Origin: a virus
Taxonomy: Duplodnaviria > Caudoviricetes
IMG/VR virus record: IMGVR_UViG_3300028197_000029
Span: 1-45,039 of that record
Strand: one strand, 5' to 3'
DNA length: 45,039 bases
Numbering within the stretch: position 1 is the stretch's first letter; each line of letters starts with the position of its first letter. The translations under genes and the position numbers were made by a program. The notes under the pieces were generated by a model, which saw only the letters and a program-made list of their open reading frames with translations, ran no database searches and was not told where the DNA came from. Positions 35,729 to 44,083 of this stretch are shown here, piece after piece.

Positions 35729-35976
35729 TGGTAATGAAACATACCCAGGCAGTTCTAGTAAAAGGCTTAGCAGTAATGCTGGCTTCAGTAATCATCAGTG
35801 GTTGCAGTATGTCACTAGATCAAAGAGCATTCACTAACTCATCAACGTCCGGTGATCCCTGTATTAAGTGCGGTGAGGATTGGATCTTCATTGCCAATGA
35901 GCCTAATGCGGCCATTAGACAATCCAAGCGAGAACAAGGCTGGGAATGGGGAATGGAGAAGGCTCCTCGATATTGA
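35728..35976 (+). CDS. Putative lipoprotein
   Basis: Hydrophobic leader with IISGC lipobox. Confidence 0.65.
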   Translation: MVMKHTQAVLVKGLAVMLASVIISGCSMSLDQRAFTNSSTSGDPCIKCGEDWIFIANEPNAAIRQSKREQGWEWGMEKAPRY

Positions 35977-35979
35977 TTT

Positions 35980-36056
35980 CTGCCCCTAGCTCAGCTGGAT
36001 AGAGCATCGGTTTGCGGAACCGAAGGTCATAGGTTCGAATCCTGTGGGGCAGGCCA
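35980..36056 (+). tRNA. tRNA-Arg(GCG)
   Basis: Acceptor CTGCCCC/GGGGCAG, G-CCA; D arm GCTC/GAGC; anticodon stem TCGGT/ACCGA with loop TTGCGGA; TTCGAAT T loop. Confidence 0.93.
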
Positions 36057-36167
36057 AACAGAAACTTTTCTGTATCTTTCAAAATAAATTTACCAAAATA
36101 GATTGACATCTGTTAGAGACTATATTATAATGTAGAGACATTAACAGAAAACAGAAGGGCAAAATTT

Positions 36168-36380
36168 ATGGGAATGAGTTCATATATATTAGACCAGGAA
36201 GATAAGTTCTGGGACAAGGCACAATCTATGATTGGAGAGTGTGATCAATTTGAAGAGTTGGTTACAAAAATGAAGCCACATACCAATCTACTACAAGGTA
36301 CTCAAAATGCTGAGAACTGGGAAGATGGATTGCATGAAGGGTGGCAAGACTTTTGGTCAGATAAGTTTGGTTGGAACTAA
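36168..36380 (+). CDS. Hypothetical early protein
   Basis: 70 aa, directly after a promoter cassette. Confidence 0.75.
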   Translation: MGMSSYILDQEDKFWDKAQSMIGECDQFEELVTKMKPHTNLLQGTQNAENWEDGLHEGWQDFWSDKFGWN

Positions 36381-36451
36381 AATAAAGGTTGACTTTTATT
36401 TAGAACGATCGTATACTATAAGAACAATAAGAAAACAAACGGAGGGCTCCA

Positions 36452-36958
36452 ATGGAAAATACTTACTGGTCACAGAATGGCAAATACCAAACAGATTATG
36501 ATCGTCTTGTAGGACTTATGCCTGCTGTCGGAGATGCAGAAACAGTCGCAGGCGAAATGATTAGAAGCGTCAGCAGATTAGGTCATGAACTTTATAACAA
36601 CGGAATGGGAAATAACTCATCTGGAGCAGTCAACTTCCTATGGGCTCGGAGTGCTATCGATCAAAAGACACATGAAGCAATCCACCCAATGACAATGGGT
36701 CGTATCTATAACGGCAATTATAATGGTGATTCGTTGCAAGTGGCAATTGAATCTGCGATAGACCAAACCATACGTTATATCCTAGACAATCCTACTGTAG
36801 AGATTGCTCCTAACAAGGAATCAATGTTTGACCACTCAGACGAAGATGAACATTATTGTGAAGAGTGCGACGAACTTGCAGACGGTAGTTGGGGTAGCCA
36901 CTGCCAATCCTGTGAAGATCATATTGAAGAAATGAATGAAGACGACGACGGGGCGTAG
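36452..36958 (+). CDS. Hypothetical early protein with C-terminal CxxC...CxxC
   Basis: YWSQNGKYQ...GEMIR...ELYNNG; CEEC and CQSC. Confidence 0.8.
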   Translation: MENTYWSQNGKYQTDYDRLVGLMPAVGDAETVAGEMIRSVSRLGHELYNNGMGNNSSGAVNFLWARSAIDQKTHEAIHPMTMGRIYNGNYNGDSLQVAIESAIDQTIRYILDNPTVEIAPNKESMFDHSDEDEHYCEECDELADGSWGSHCQSCEDHIEEMNEDDDGA

Positions 36959-37036
36959 GTTACCAAAATAGGTTGACTTTTAACAAGAACGACCGTATAC
37001 TGTAAGAACAATAAGGCAATGAAGGGCAAAAAATTT

Positions 37037-37273
37037 ATGATTTACTCCGTACTAGAATCCACAATGCGTTCAGCAATTGACAAGGATGAAAATAAAAAAG
37101 AAGACGGTTCCATTAATTGGAACTTCGTAGATGCAGACGCTTATATGGATTGCAAGAACTTATTCCGTAGCGATGCAGACTTTTATGAATCATTCGACGA
37201 CATCGGCGATAAGATTCAAGCAGAGATGCGAGGCGTTGATGCATTTGGTAACCAACTTGAGATGGAGATATAA
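37037..37273 (+). CDS. Hypothetical early protein
   Basis: INWNFVDAD motif; ATG at 37037 follows the AGGGC RBS. Confidence 0.75.
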   Translation: MIYSVLESTMRSAIDKDENKKEDGSINWNFVDADAYMDCKNLFRSDADFYESFDDIGDKIQAEMRGVDAFGNQLEMEI

Positions 37274-37275
37274 TA

Positions 37276-37602
37276 ATGTTTTATATTTACGAAAAGAGTT
37301 CAACTTATATTATAGGCAAGCCAGATAGAAATGGTGTTGCAAGACCAGACCATAGGCAGTCATATAAAACTATGGCATCAGCCAAAGCAGGGCTCACAAG
37401 AATCAAGAAGGCAGAAAACTTATTGCCTACAGATCCAAACTTTGCCGAGCTTCGTTATGCAATCTGTGAAATAGATATGTTTCATAAACTTGTTGAGAAG
37501 AAGGTTAAGAAAAAGAATATGATGAACGGTAAGGAGTTTTTTGAAACTGCCAATACGCCGTATTATTGTTCACCTAGTTCCGAAACCTATTGGAGTATGT
37601 AG
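37276..37602 (+). CDS. Hypothetical early protein
   Basis: C-terminal NTPYYCSPSSETYWSM, a motif I recognise from phage proteins. Confidence 0.8.
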   Translation: MFYIYEKSSTYIIGKPDRNGVARPDHRQSYKTMASAKAGLTRIKKAENLLPTDPNFAELRYAICEIDMFHKLVEKKVKKKNMMNGKEFFETANTPYYCSPSSETYWSM

Positions 37603-37851
37603 ATGCCAAAATTCAAGCAATCTTATATGAAGCCTACATTCAAATATGATAAGAGTATATTCGAAGGCTTGACTTGGAAAGAACCCAACTCTAAAGGTAC
37701 TGACACCTATGACATCACATTAGAGGCCAAAGGCTTCACTTGTGATTGTCCAGGCTTTACTTTTAGGGGTAGGTGTAAACATACCTTAATCGTTAACAGT
37801 AGAGTCAAAAGAGCTATTGATAGCGAAGTTCCTGAATACTATACTATCTAG
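37603..37851 (+). CDS. SWIM zinc-finger protein
   Basis: FTCDCPGFTFRGRCKH. Confidence 0.85.
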   Translation: MPKFKQSYMKPTFKYDKSIFEGLTWKEPNSKGTDTYDITLEAKGFTCDCPGFTFRGRCKHTLIVNSRVKRAIDSEVPEYYTI

Positions 37852-37922
37852 CCAAAAAAGGTTGACAATCGATCTAAATGATCGTATAATATACATATAT
37901 TAACAAAAAGAGGGCGAACAAT

Positions 37923-38216
37923 ATGGGTAAGATGAATTTTTATGAAGCGACTCCAGAGCAGAAGAGACTAGCTGACTTTGGTCGTAAGATGATGGACTTC
38001 AGTGAGAACGCTTCAATGGCGAAGCTGAAGGACGAAGAAATCCGTCCATACAACGATCTATCAGAGGTAGGCTATATGCTCACTCAGGTAGGTGCTCCGT
38101 TTGGTTTAAAGATTAAGAGCTTTTCATCACACCAGAAGAAAGTGATGATGGACTTTATAGAGTTCGAAGGATCGAATTTGGTCCAGGGAGGACCTTGCAC
38201 TAGGGTGACTTTTTAG
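37923..38216 (+). CDS. Hypothetical early protein
   Basis: 97 aa after a promoter cassette. Confidence 0.75.
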   Translation: MGKMNFYEATPEQKRLADFGRKMMDFSENASMAKLKDEEIRPYNDLSEVGYMLTQVGAPFGLKIKSFSSHQKKVMMDFIEFEGSNLVQGGPCTRVTF

Positions 38217-38289
38217 TTACCATTAGGGGTTGACTATTTTTAACTTTGACCATATACTATAAGAACAATAAGGAAAAGGGCAAAAATTT

Positions 38290-38457
38290 ATGAGTGATTT
38301 ATTCGAAGACATTGATGCATTAACAGTCGCTCTGCATCTCTTAGATCCAGAATGTGCCAGTGACGAAAAACGTCAAGGCAGAGCAATAATTGAAAACTTG
38401 ATCGCCAAGAAAGAAAAGGTAATCACAGACTTCGAAAAGGAGAATGCTCCGTTATGA
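38290..38457 (+). CDS. Hypothetical 55-aa early protein (not in ORF track)
   Basis: MSDLFEDIDALTVALHLLDPECASDEKR...; follows a promoter cassette. Confidence 0.7.
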   Translation: MSDLFEDIDALTVALHLLDPECASDEKRQGRAIIENLIAKKEKVITDFEKENAPL

Positions 38458-38642
38458 TAGTTGAAGGATTTATTTTCTTAGCCTATGTTCTAGGCACAGC
38501 CTTTGGATTCTATTGGGGACTTGCACGAGGTCAAAAGAACGGCATTATTGATACCGTTGATAGTCTTATTGAGCAGGGCTACCTTAGATGGAAGGGTCAT
38601 AAACAGAATCCGGAAATTATGAAGTGGAACGATAACGAATGA
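38454..38642 (+). CDS. Small membrane protein
   Basis: N-terminal TM segment; ATGA overlap. Confidence 0.7.
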   Translation: MIVEGFIFLAYVLGTAFGFYWGLARGQKNGIIDTVDSLIEQGYLRWKGHKQNPEIMKWNDNE

Positions 38643-38902
38643 AGTTCTTACTAATTGCGGCGGCGCTCAACCTACAGGTAGTTTATCCTAGCGAAACAGT
38701 CTGTCAGCAGGCACTAGATGCCGTACAAGAACAAGCCCCTAAGGCAGTCTGTATTCCATACGGTAAAGATGCAAAAGACCTTAGAGCAGAAAATACATTC
38801 CAGAGCTTTCTTGATTTGGTTATGAAATTACAAGTCAGTCAAGACACTATTAATGAAACTAAGAATAGTATACCAAAAGAGGTTGACAAACCGTCAAACT
38901 GA
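38639..38902 (+). CDS. Hypothetical secreted protein
   Basis: Hydrophobic start and two Cys. Confidence 0.7.
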   Translation: MKFLLIAAALNLQVVYPSETVCQQALDAVQEQAPKAVCIPYGKDAKDLRAENTFQSFLDLVMKLQVSQDTINETKNSIPKEVDKPSN

Positions 38903-38943
38903 CCGTATACTGTAAGAACAATAAGGCAACAGAGAGGCATAAT

Positions 38944-39231
38944 ATGAATAATTTAGTAACACGGGCATCAGAGCTTATCTATCAAATGGATAACGATCAA
39001 TTGAATGAAGTTATCGAAGCAATCAAACTCAAAAGAAATCACCTAACCAAGTCGGTTGCACGTTCAATCCTGATAGGCGACATTGTATCGTTTCAAGGAC
39101 GTAGGGGCCAAATGGTTCAGGGTAAGGTTACAAAGGTCAATCAAAAGACTATCGTAGTCCGAGACACTCAGTCACAAGTCCAATGGAAAGTGACAGCGTC
39201 GATGGTATCTAAACTAGGCATTGGAGCCTAG
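38944..39231 (+). CDS. Hypothetical protein with SH3/KOW-like C-terminus
   Basis: IGDIVSF...GKVTKVNQKTIVV...WKV. Confidence 0.75.
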   Translation: MNNLVTRASELIYQMDNDQLNEVIEAIKLKRNHLTKSVARSILIGDIVSFQGRRGQMVQGKVTKVNQKTIVVRDTQSQVQWKVTASMVSKLGIGA

Positions 39232-39439
39232 TGTGGGACCGTACTCCGAGGCAAGACAAATTGAAAGGGCAGAAGCTATTAAGCATCTGCTCGAATCTAA
39301 TCCTCAGCTTTCCGAAGAGTATAGATCTATTTGGAAAAAACATTTGATGAATCTTGCATTAAATGAAACGACTTATAATTATAGAGTGAAAAACATTTAT
39401 TCTAATTTAAAGAAAGGTCCGGTGATAGAATATGATTAA
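39221..39439 (+). CDS. Hypothetical protein
   Basis: 72 aa, TTG start. Confidence 0.6.
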   Translation: MEPSVGPYSEARQIERAEAIKHLLESNPQLSEEYRSIWKKHLMNLALNETTYNYRVKNIYSNLKKGPVIEYD

Positions 39440-39575
39440 GGCAGTTATTTTTATGGCAGTAGGGGCAGTAGGTGCCTACTTATATATGAACCCAGGAGAC
39501 TTTACTGGGGCAACCGATATGATTAAACAAGGGGTCAATTCAACAGCCACAGTGGTTAAAGAGGCAACCCAATGA
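39432..39575 (+). CDS. 47-aa membrane-anchored peptide (not in ORF track)
   Basis: MIKAVIFMAVGAVGAYLYMNPGDFTGATDMIKQG...; fills the gap between neighbours. Confidence 0.65.
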   Translation: MIKAVIFMAVGAVGAYLYMNPGDFTGATDMIKQGVNSTATVVKEATQ

Positions 39576-39838
39576 TGGACATTAAGGACATCGAAGTAGG
39601 TAAATCATATGCCTGCAAGTTTAAGGTCGAACATATCTTAGATGAGCATGGTCGTATACCTGGCCTAAGCGATACTCCTTTAGCAGGGTTAGGTTGGTAC
39701 GAAGGTATTGGGGTTATTCAAGTTAGAGACTCAGGAAGTGAACGAGTCCAACTAAAAGATGAGAAGAGCGGAAAAGAATTTGTCGTTCCATTTTCGCAGA
39801 TATGGGACGTTGACGTAGCAGAATACGTAGAGGAATAA
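39572..39838 (+). CDS. Hypothetical protein
   Basis: 88-aa ORF. Confidence 0.75.
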   Translation: MMDIKDIEVGKSYACKFKVEHILDEHGRIPGLSDTPLAGLGWYEGIGVIQVRDSGSERVQLKDEKSGKEFVVPFSQIWDVDVAEYVEE

Positions 39839-39839
39839 G

Positions 39840-40358
39840 ATGCAAGATACACCATTAGTTTCGGCGGCTAAGACTTTGGCAGGTGAAGCTCACCATGGAC
39901 AGTTTAGGAAATATACAGACCTTCCGTATATTATACACCCCATTGAAGTGATGCAAATCGTTCAATCCGTTGAGCATGATGAAGCCATGTTGGCGGCGGC
40001 CTTGTTACATGATGTGGTAGAAGATTGCGAAGGATACACCTTTGACACTATTAAAGAAGCCACAAATGATGATGTCGCAGACCTTGTTAGAGGTCTCACA
40101 GACGTGGCAAAGCCTGAAGACGGTAATAGAGCTACCAGAAAGGCAATTGAAAAAGATAGGTTGGCCAAAGAAGGTGCTAGAGTTCAAACAGTCAAATTGG
40201 CAGACATTATTTCAAATAGTAGAGATATCGAATTGCATGACCCTAAATTCGCAAAGGTCTACAATAACGAAATGAAAGACTTATTGACAGTCATGAAAAA
40301 AGGAAATAAGAAACTTTACGGCGAGGCATATAAACTCGTTCACGGTGCCTTTGAGTAG
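39840..40358 (+). CDS. HD-domain protein, small alarmone hydrolase (Mesh1/SpoT-HD)-like
   Basis: AHHGQFRK...PYIIHP, AALLHDVVED, V.GLTD and VKLAD..SN. Confidence 0.85.
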   Translation: MQDTPLVSAAKTLAGEAHHGQFRKYTDLPYIIHPIEVMQIVQSVEHDEAMLAAALLHDVVEDCEGYTFDTIKEATNDDVADLVRGLTDVAKPEDGNRATRKAIEKDRLAKEGARVQTVKLADIISNSRDIELHDPKFAKVYNNEMKDLLTVMKKGNKKLYGEAYKLVHGAFE

Positions 40359-40369
40359 GCGCCGTTTTT
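40342..40369 (+). terminator. Intrinsic terminator
   Basis: ACGGTGCCT-TTGAGT-AGGCGCCGT-TTTT. Confidence 0.65.
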
Positions 40370-40396
40370 AATCATTAATTTTTTAAAGGAGTAGAT

Positions 40397-40588
40397 ATGG
40401 CTAGAGACGAAGTGACAGAAGAAGATAAAAAGATCATGGATGAGTGGTTATCTAAAGGTAATAAGGTTACCGTTTGCCCAGCTGGTGAAAGAACTGATCC
40501 TGATCTAATCAGTCACGTATGGAAACGAGGACGTCCAAAAGCAAAGGCAACAGAGACTCCTAAGGCAAAGCCTAAAAAAAAGAATTAA
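40397..40588 (+). CDS. Small basic protein
   Basis: 63 aa, GNKVTVCP motif, AAGGAG RBS. Confidence 0.75.
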   Translation: MARDEVTEEDKKIMDEWLSKGNKVTVCPAGERTDPDLISHVWKRGRPKAKATETPKAKPKKKN

Positions 40589-40765
40589 CGAACGTGGTGG
40601 TTGATACCGCCTAGTAGGGGATGGCAGTACCCTACGATGAGAAGAGGATTAACACTCTCAAAACTCAGGCCCGATGGCAGTAGCCCGGCACAAGGATGTC
40701 GAAAGATAGATAGGTGAGGCTGGCTCAAACCAGGGGCGACCTAGTCGTTTAGAAGTTGAATCTAT
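40587..40765 (+). ncRNA. Candidate structured ncRNA
   Basis: GC-rich intergenic segment with several hairpins and a repeated GATGGCAGTA. Confidence 0.45.
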
Positions 40766-40857
40766 TTCCTTTCTTTTCTTCCAAAATAGGTTGACTTCTG
40801 TTAGATATGAGGGTATACTGTATATAATAATTAGGCAATAACAAAAGGGCAAAATAA

Positions 40858-41250
40858 ATGGCATATGTTTCACAAAAAGATAAGGCAGAACTAGCACCAG
40901 AAATCAACAAGGTGCTTAAAAAATACGGCATGAAAGGTTCAATTGCCGTTAGACATCATTCAACATTAGTGGTTAACCTAAGGTCAGGTGACATTGACTT
41001 TTCAGGAAACTATACTCACGGTGACCAATATATTCAAGTAAATGAATATTGGATCGACGATCATTACAAGGACAATACAACGGCTAGGGATTTCTTAAAT
41101 GAACTTTTGGCCGCAATGAAAGGTCCGAACTTCTTTAACAACGATGACGCAATGACAGATTATTTCAGTCGTTCACATTATACTGACATCAATGTTGGTA
41201 AATGGAATAAACCTTACATCTTAAACGGCTCGCTGAAACAAGCGGCCTAA
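40858..41250 (+). CDS. Conserved hypothetical phage early protein
   Basis: MAYVSQ...DAMTDYF..SHYTDINVGKWNKPY. Confidence 0.8.
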   Translation: MAYVSQKDKAELAPEINKVLKKYGMKGSIAVRHHSTLVVNLRSGDIDFSGNYTHGDQYIQVNEYWIDDHYKDNTTARDFLNELLAAMKGPNFFNNDDAMTDYFSRSHYTDINVGKWNKPYILNGSLKQAA

Positions 41251-41260
41251 GGAGAGCTTA

Positions 41261-41560
41261 ATGGCATACCTAACCTATACTATAGATCCTATAGGATCAT
41301 TTGTTGAGAAAGAAGAAGGCAATACCTTTGAGTTCTCCAGGAACAAAGATGCACTAGAAGGAGAGGCCTTCATTGGTTGCTGTGGTTGTTTACCACACAA
41401 GGTTTGGGTTGCCTCTGCACAGATAGGAGGCGACAGTGGATATCGTTATGCTGACGTCAAGAAGACTGTGGCCTACATTGCGGTAGATGAAGATGAATAC
41501 GGCAAGCCGGTTATGGAGAAGTGGCACATAAAAAAGAAGACAGATTATCTTCCAAAATAG
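41261..41560 (+). CDS. Hypothetical early protein
   Basis: 99 aa; YRYA.VKKTVAYIAVDEDE.G. Confidence 0.8.
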   Translation: MAYLTYTIDPIGSFVEKEEGNTFEFSRNKDALEGEAFIGCCGCLPHKVWVASAQIGGDSGYRYADVKKTVAYIAVDEDEYGKPVMEKWHIKKKTDYLPK

Positions 41561-41614
41561 GTTGACTTCTTACTAGAGTGGTGCTATATTATAAACATAC
41601 TTAGAAACAACGAC

Positions 41615-42028
41615 ATGGAGGGCTTTATGTCAAATATTATTTCAATCGATTCTTTCAACAATAAATCTTCAAAGTTAGAAGAAGATAACTTCATTGCTGA
41701 ACGCGATCATTACGATAACCTAAAAGAAGAATTAGGTTATGAGACAGTTTTTGATCTAGACACAGGTGTCAAGCCTTTGGACTATGCAATTTTCACAGAC
41801 AAGCCTAGACTGGTTACCTACAAGGTGATCAAAGAGATGGGTGCCTGGGATGATGTTACTTGGATGACTTTCACAGCCATTGCTGATAACGGTACCATAG
41901 GTGCTCTTTGGAAGGCGGCAGAGTCATGCTACCAACAAGCGAAGTTGGCAGTAGGTGACTGGCATTATTTTGTAGAAAACTTTGAAATGAATGACCAAGG
42001 TCATTTAGAACTAGTCACAGGGAGCTAG
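41615..42028 (+). CDS. Hypothetical early protein (likely start 41627)
   Basis: ORF after a promoter cassette. Confidence 0.75.
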   Translation: MEGFMSNIISIDSFNNKSSKLEEDNFIAERDHYDNLKEELGYETVFDLDTGVKPLDYAIFTDKPRLVTYKVIKEMGAWDDVTWMTFTAIADNGTIGALWKAAESCYQQAKLAVGDWHYFVENFEMNDQGHLELVTGS

Positions 42029-42030
42029 GA

Positions 42031-42174
42031 ATGGATTATAATCCTGATATTTGGGAAATGGTGATCGAACAGATCAAAAGTGATTTAAACGATCGAGATG
42101 AAACCGCTCTTTACGAAATGCTCCAAAGAGTTTCTAAAGATATATTGATAGGATATTTGCCCGAAACAGAATAA
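42031..42174 (+). CDS. 47-aa hypothetical protein (not in ORF track)
   Basis: MDYNPDIWEMVIEQIKSDL...GYLPETE; GGAG RBS. Confidence 0.65.
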   Translation: MDYNPDIWEMVIEQIKSDLNDRDETALYEMLQRVSKDILIGYLPETE

Positions 42175-42287
42175 AGAAACTTGGTACCTACAGAGGCGGT
42201 CGCAGACCACATAAGGGTAGGCTAAGGTATTAGATTAAAACAGATGCATGCCGAGATCTAAACGCCAACCAATACAAGGAGACGACA

Positions 42288-42593
42288 ATGAAATTTGATT
42301 TCAAAGATATAAATTTTAAAGAGACAAAGATGCCTAAAGGCATTCAGGCAATTCTCAAGTTCGGAAAATATGATTTGTCAATCATACAGAACGAAGCGTC
42401 ATATGGTAATAAGAATGGCCTATATGAAATTGCCGTATTCCAAGGTGATATCAAACATGGTCAGGTTGAGATGCCGGGTATCACAGATGAAGGTGATACT
42501 GTAAAGGGTTTCTTGAACGAAGAAGCTGTCGAAGGCATTATGAAAAAGATGTATCTAGCGTCAGGTTCTGACCCAAAACAGGTTGACTTTTAA
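42288..42593 (+). CDS. Hypothetical early protein
   Basis: 101 aa; SYG...GLYEIAVF...DTVKGFL. Confidence 0.8.
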   Translation: MKFDFKDINFKETKMPKGIQAILKFGKYDLSIIQNEASYGNKNGLYEIAVFQGDIKHGQVEMPGITDEGDTVKGFLNEEAVEGIMKKMYLASGSDPKQVDF

Positions 42594-42646
42594 CAAGAAC
42601 GACCGTATACTATAAGAATAATAAGGCAACAGAGGGAATATAAATT

Positions 42647-43120
42647 ATGGGAACTAGAAGTTCAATTGCAATGAAGACAGTAGACGGCATCAAAGCAATA
42701 TATTGTCATTGGGATGGTTATGTAGATCATAACGGTCGTATCCTACGTGAGAATTACTCCACAGAAGCTCAAGTTACCGAGCTCATTAACTTAGGTGATC
42801 TTAGTTCTTTAGGAACAAAGATAGGTGACGTTCATCCATTTGATGCTAAGTTTGGCGATGAGCCTGAACTTCCTATCTGTGATGATTGGTGCAAGGCTTA
42901 CCACAGAGATAGAGGTGAAGACTGGGCTCAGGTTGCTCCACAGACATGGACACAAGATGTCAAAGAGTGGGTAAAGGATATGGGCCAAAGCGGTTGTGAA
43001 TACTTTTATCTTTTTAACGGTCAAGACTGGTTGGTTCATAAGGTAGGTGATGTAGACGTTTATGACTTCCCCGTGTTTGATTTCGTTGAGGTTGAAATCC
43101 TCAAAGAAATTGTTTCATAA
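42647..43120 (+). CDS. Conserved hypothetical phage protein
   Basis: MGTRSSI...IYCHWDGY...GDLSSL...AYHRDRGE...EYFYLF. Confidence 0.8.
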   Translation: MGTRSSIAMKTVDGIKAIYCHWDGYVDHNGRILRENYSTEAQVTELINLGDLSSLGTKIGDVHPFDAKFGDEPELPICDDWCKAYHRDRGEDWAQVAPQTWTQDVKEWVKDMGQSGCEYFYLFNGQDWLVHKVGDVDVYDFPVFDFVEVEILKEIVS

Positions 43121-43126
43121 GGCGGT

Positions 43127-43348
43127 ATGAAGGGTATAATCCTAATCCTGCTATTCACAGGTGAACTAGAATATAGATCATTTGACTATGAGCCTCAAGG
43201 CACAACCAATGAAGAGATTGTTATGTCATGTTCCGAACGAGCAGAAGAACTAAGAGAACAGACATCAACTCACAGTTGGGACGATCCTAGAGGACAGGGC
43301 TATTATCTAAAGGACGGTACAGGAACCATACAGGGTCACATATGTTAA
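43127..43348 (+). CDS. Hypothetical protein
   Basis: 73-aa ORF. Confidence 0.65.
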   Translation: MKGIILILLFTGELEYRSFDYEPQGTTNEEIVMSCSERAEELREQTSTHSWDDPRGQGYYLKDGTGTIQGHIC

Positions 43349-43419
43349 CCAATTAGGTTGACTTTCGCTGAGAAAGATCGTATACTGTATAAACAATAAG
43401 AAAACAGAAGGAGGGCAAT

Positions 43420-44010
43420 ATGCCAAATTGGTGTAATAATTCAATAACAATTCAAGGATCCACAGAGACTCTAAAGACTTTCTGGGAAGAAGCTAACCAA
43501 GAGGGTTCAGGCTTATTAAATGCGATGGTTCCAATGCCTAAGGCACTACAAGGTACCACATCACCTGATCCAAAGCCAGAGCAAGGAAATTACAAAGGCG
43601 AACAACCTATAGTAGATGGCTTCACCAACTGGTATGATTGGGCTGTGGCCAACTGGGGTTGCAAGTGGGACGTTGATATAGAACGTTTAGAATTTACAGA
43701 CAATGGTGATGGTACCGCAAGTATATCAGGATCGTTTGAATCACCTTGGGCACCTCCGATTGATGCCTATAACAAGTTCTTAGAAGATATGGATGGTTGC
43801 TCATTGGTAGCAGACTATCACGAACCTGGCATGGACTTCCTAGGCGAATACGACAATGGTGATGACAATTACTATGATGGTCTATTAGAACTGATCGAAG
43901 GCGGTGCTATGGCAGATGATGAATGTCTTGCACGTTTGGTAGAAGATTACGGCATTGAAGAAGATATTGCAATGTGGAAAGAAGACAACGAGCAAGAAGT
44001 CACCGCATAG
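43420..44010 (+). CDS. YubB/DUF1281-like ferredoxin-fold protein
   Basis: MPNWCNN, WYDW...NWGCKWD, FESPWAPP and EPGMDF. Confidence 0.8.
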   Translation: MPNWCNNSITIQGSTETLKTFWEEANQEGSGLLNAMVPMPKALQGTTSPDPKPEQGNYKGEQPIVDGFTNWYDWAVANWGCKWDVDIERLEFTDNGDGTASISGSFESPWAPPIDAYNKFLEDMDGCSLVADYHEPGMDFLGEYDNGDDNYYDGLLELIEGGAMADDECLARLVEDYGIEEDIAMWKEDNEQEVTA

Positions 44011-44083
44011 ATGCTGGGCTTGTTTTTTATAGGTATTCCATTCTCATGCGTAGTGATGTGGATTTTGATTAAATGTAGAGAGG

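Larger units (their letters stand above)
36093..43419 (+). repeat. Ten dispersed early-promoter cassettes
   Basis: TTGAC(A/T) at 36103, 36389, 36973, 37862, 38230, 38883, 40791, 41562, 42583 and 43358; consensus CCAAAATAGG-TTGACw-17 nt (often ending GACCG/GATCG)-TATACT-rTAAGAACAATAAGG...AGGGC-ATG. Confidence 0.9.

Noticed and set aside
35915-36109. 64-aa minus-strand ORF
   Set aside because: It is the antisense reading of the tRNA-Arg gene.
36093-43419. Recurrent repeats as a CRISPR array or integron attC sites
   Set aside because: The repeats are degenerate, hundreds to thousands of bases apart, non-palindromic and match -35/-10 promoter geometry; no cas or integrase gene is in the window.
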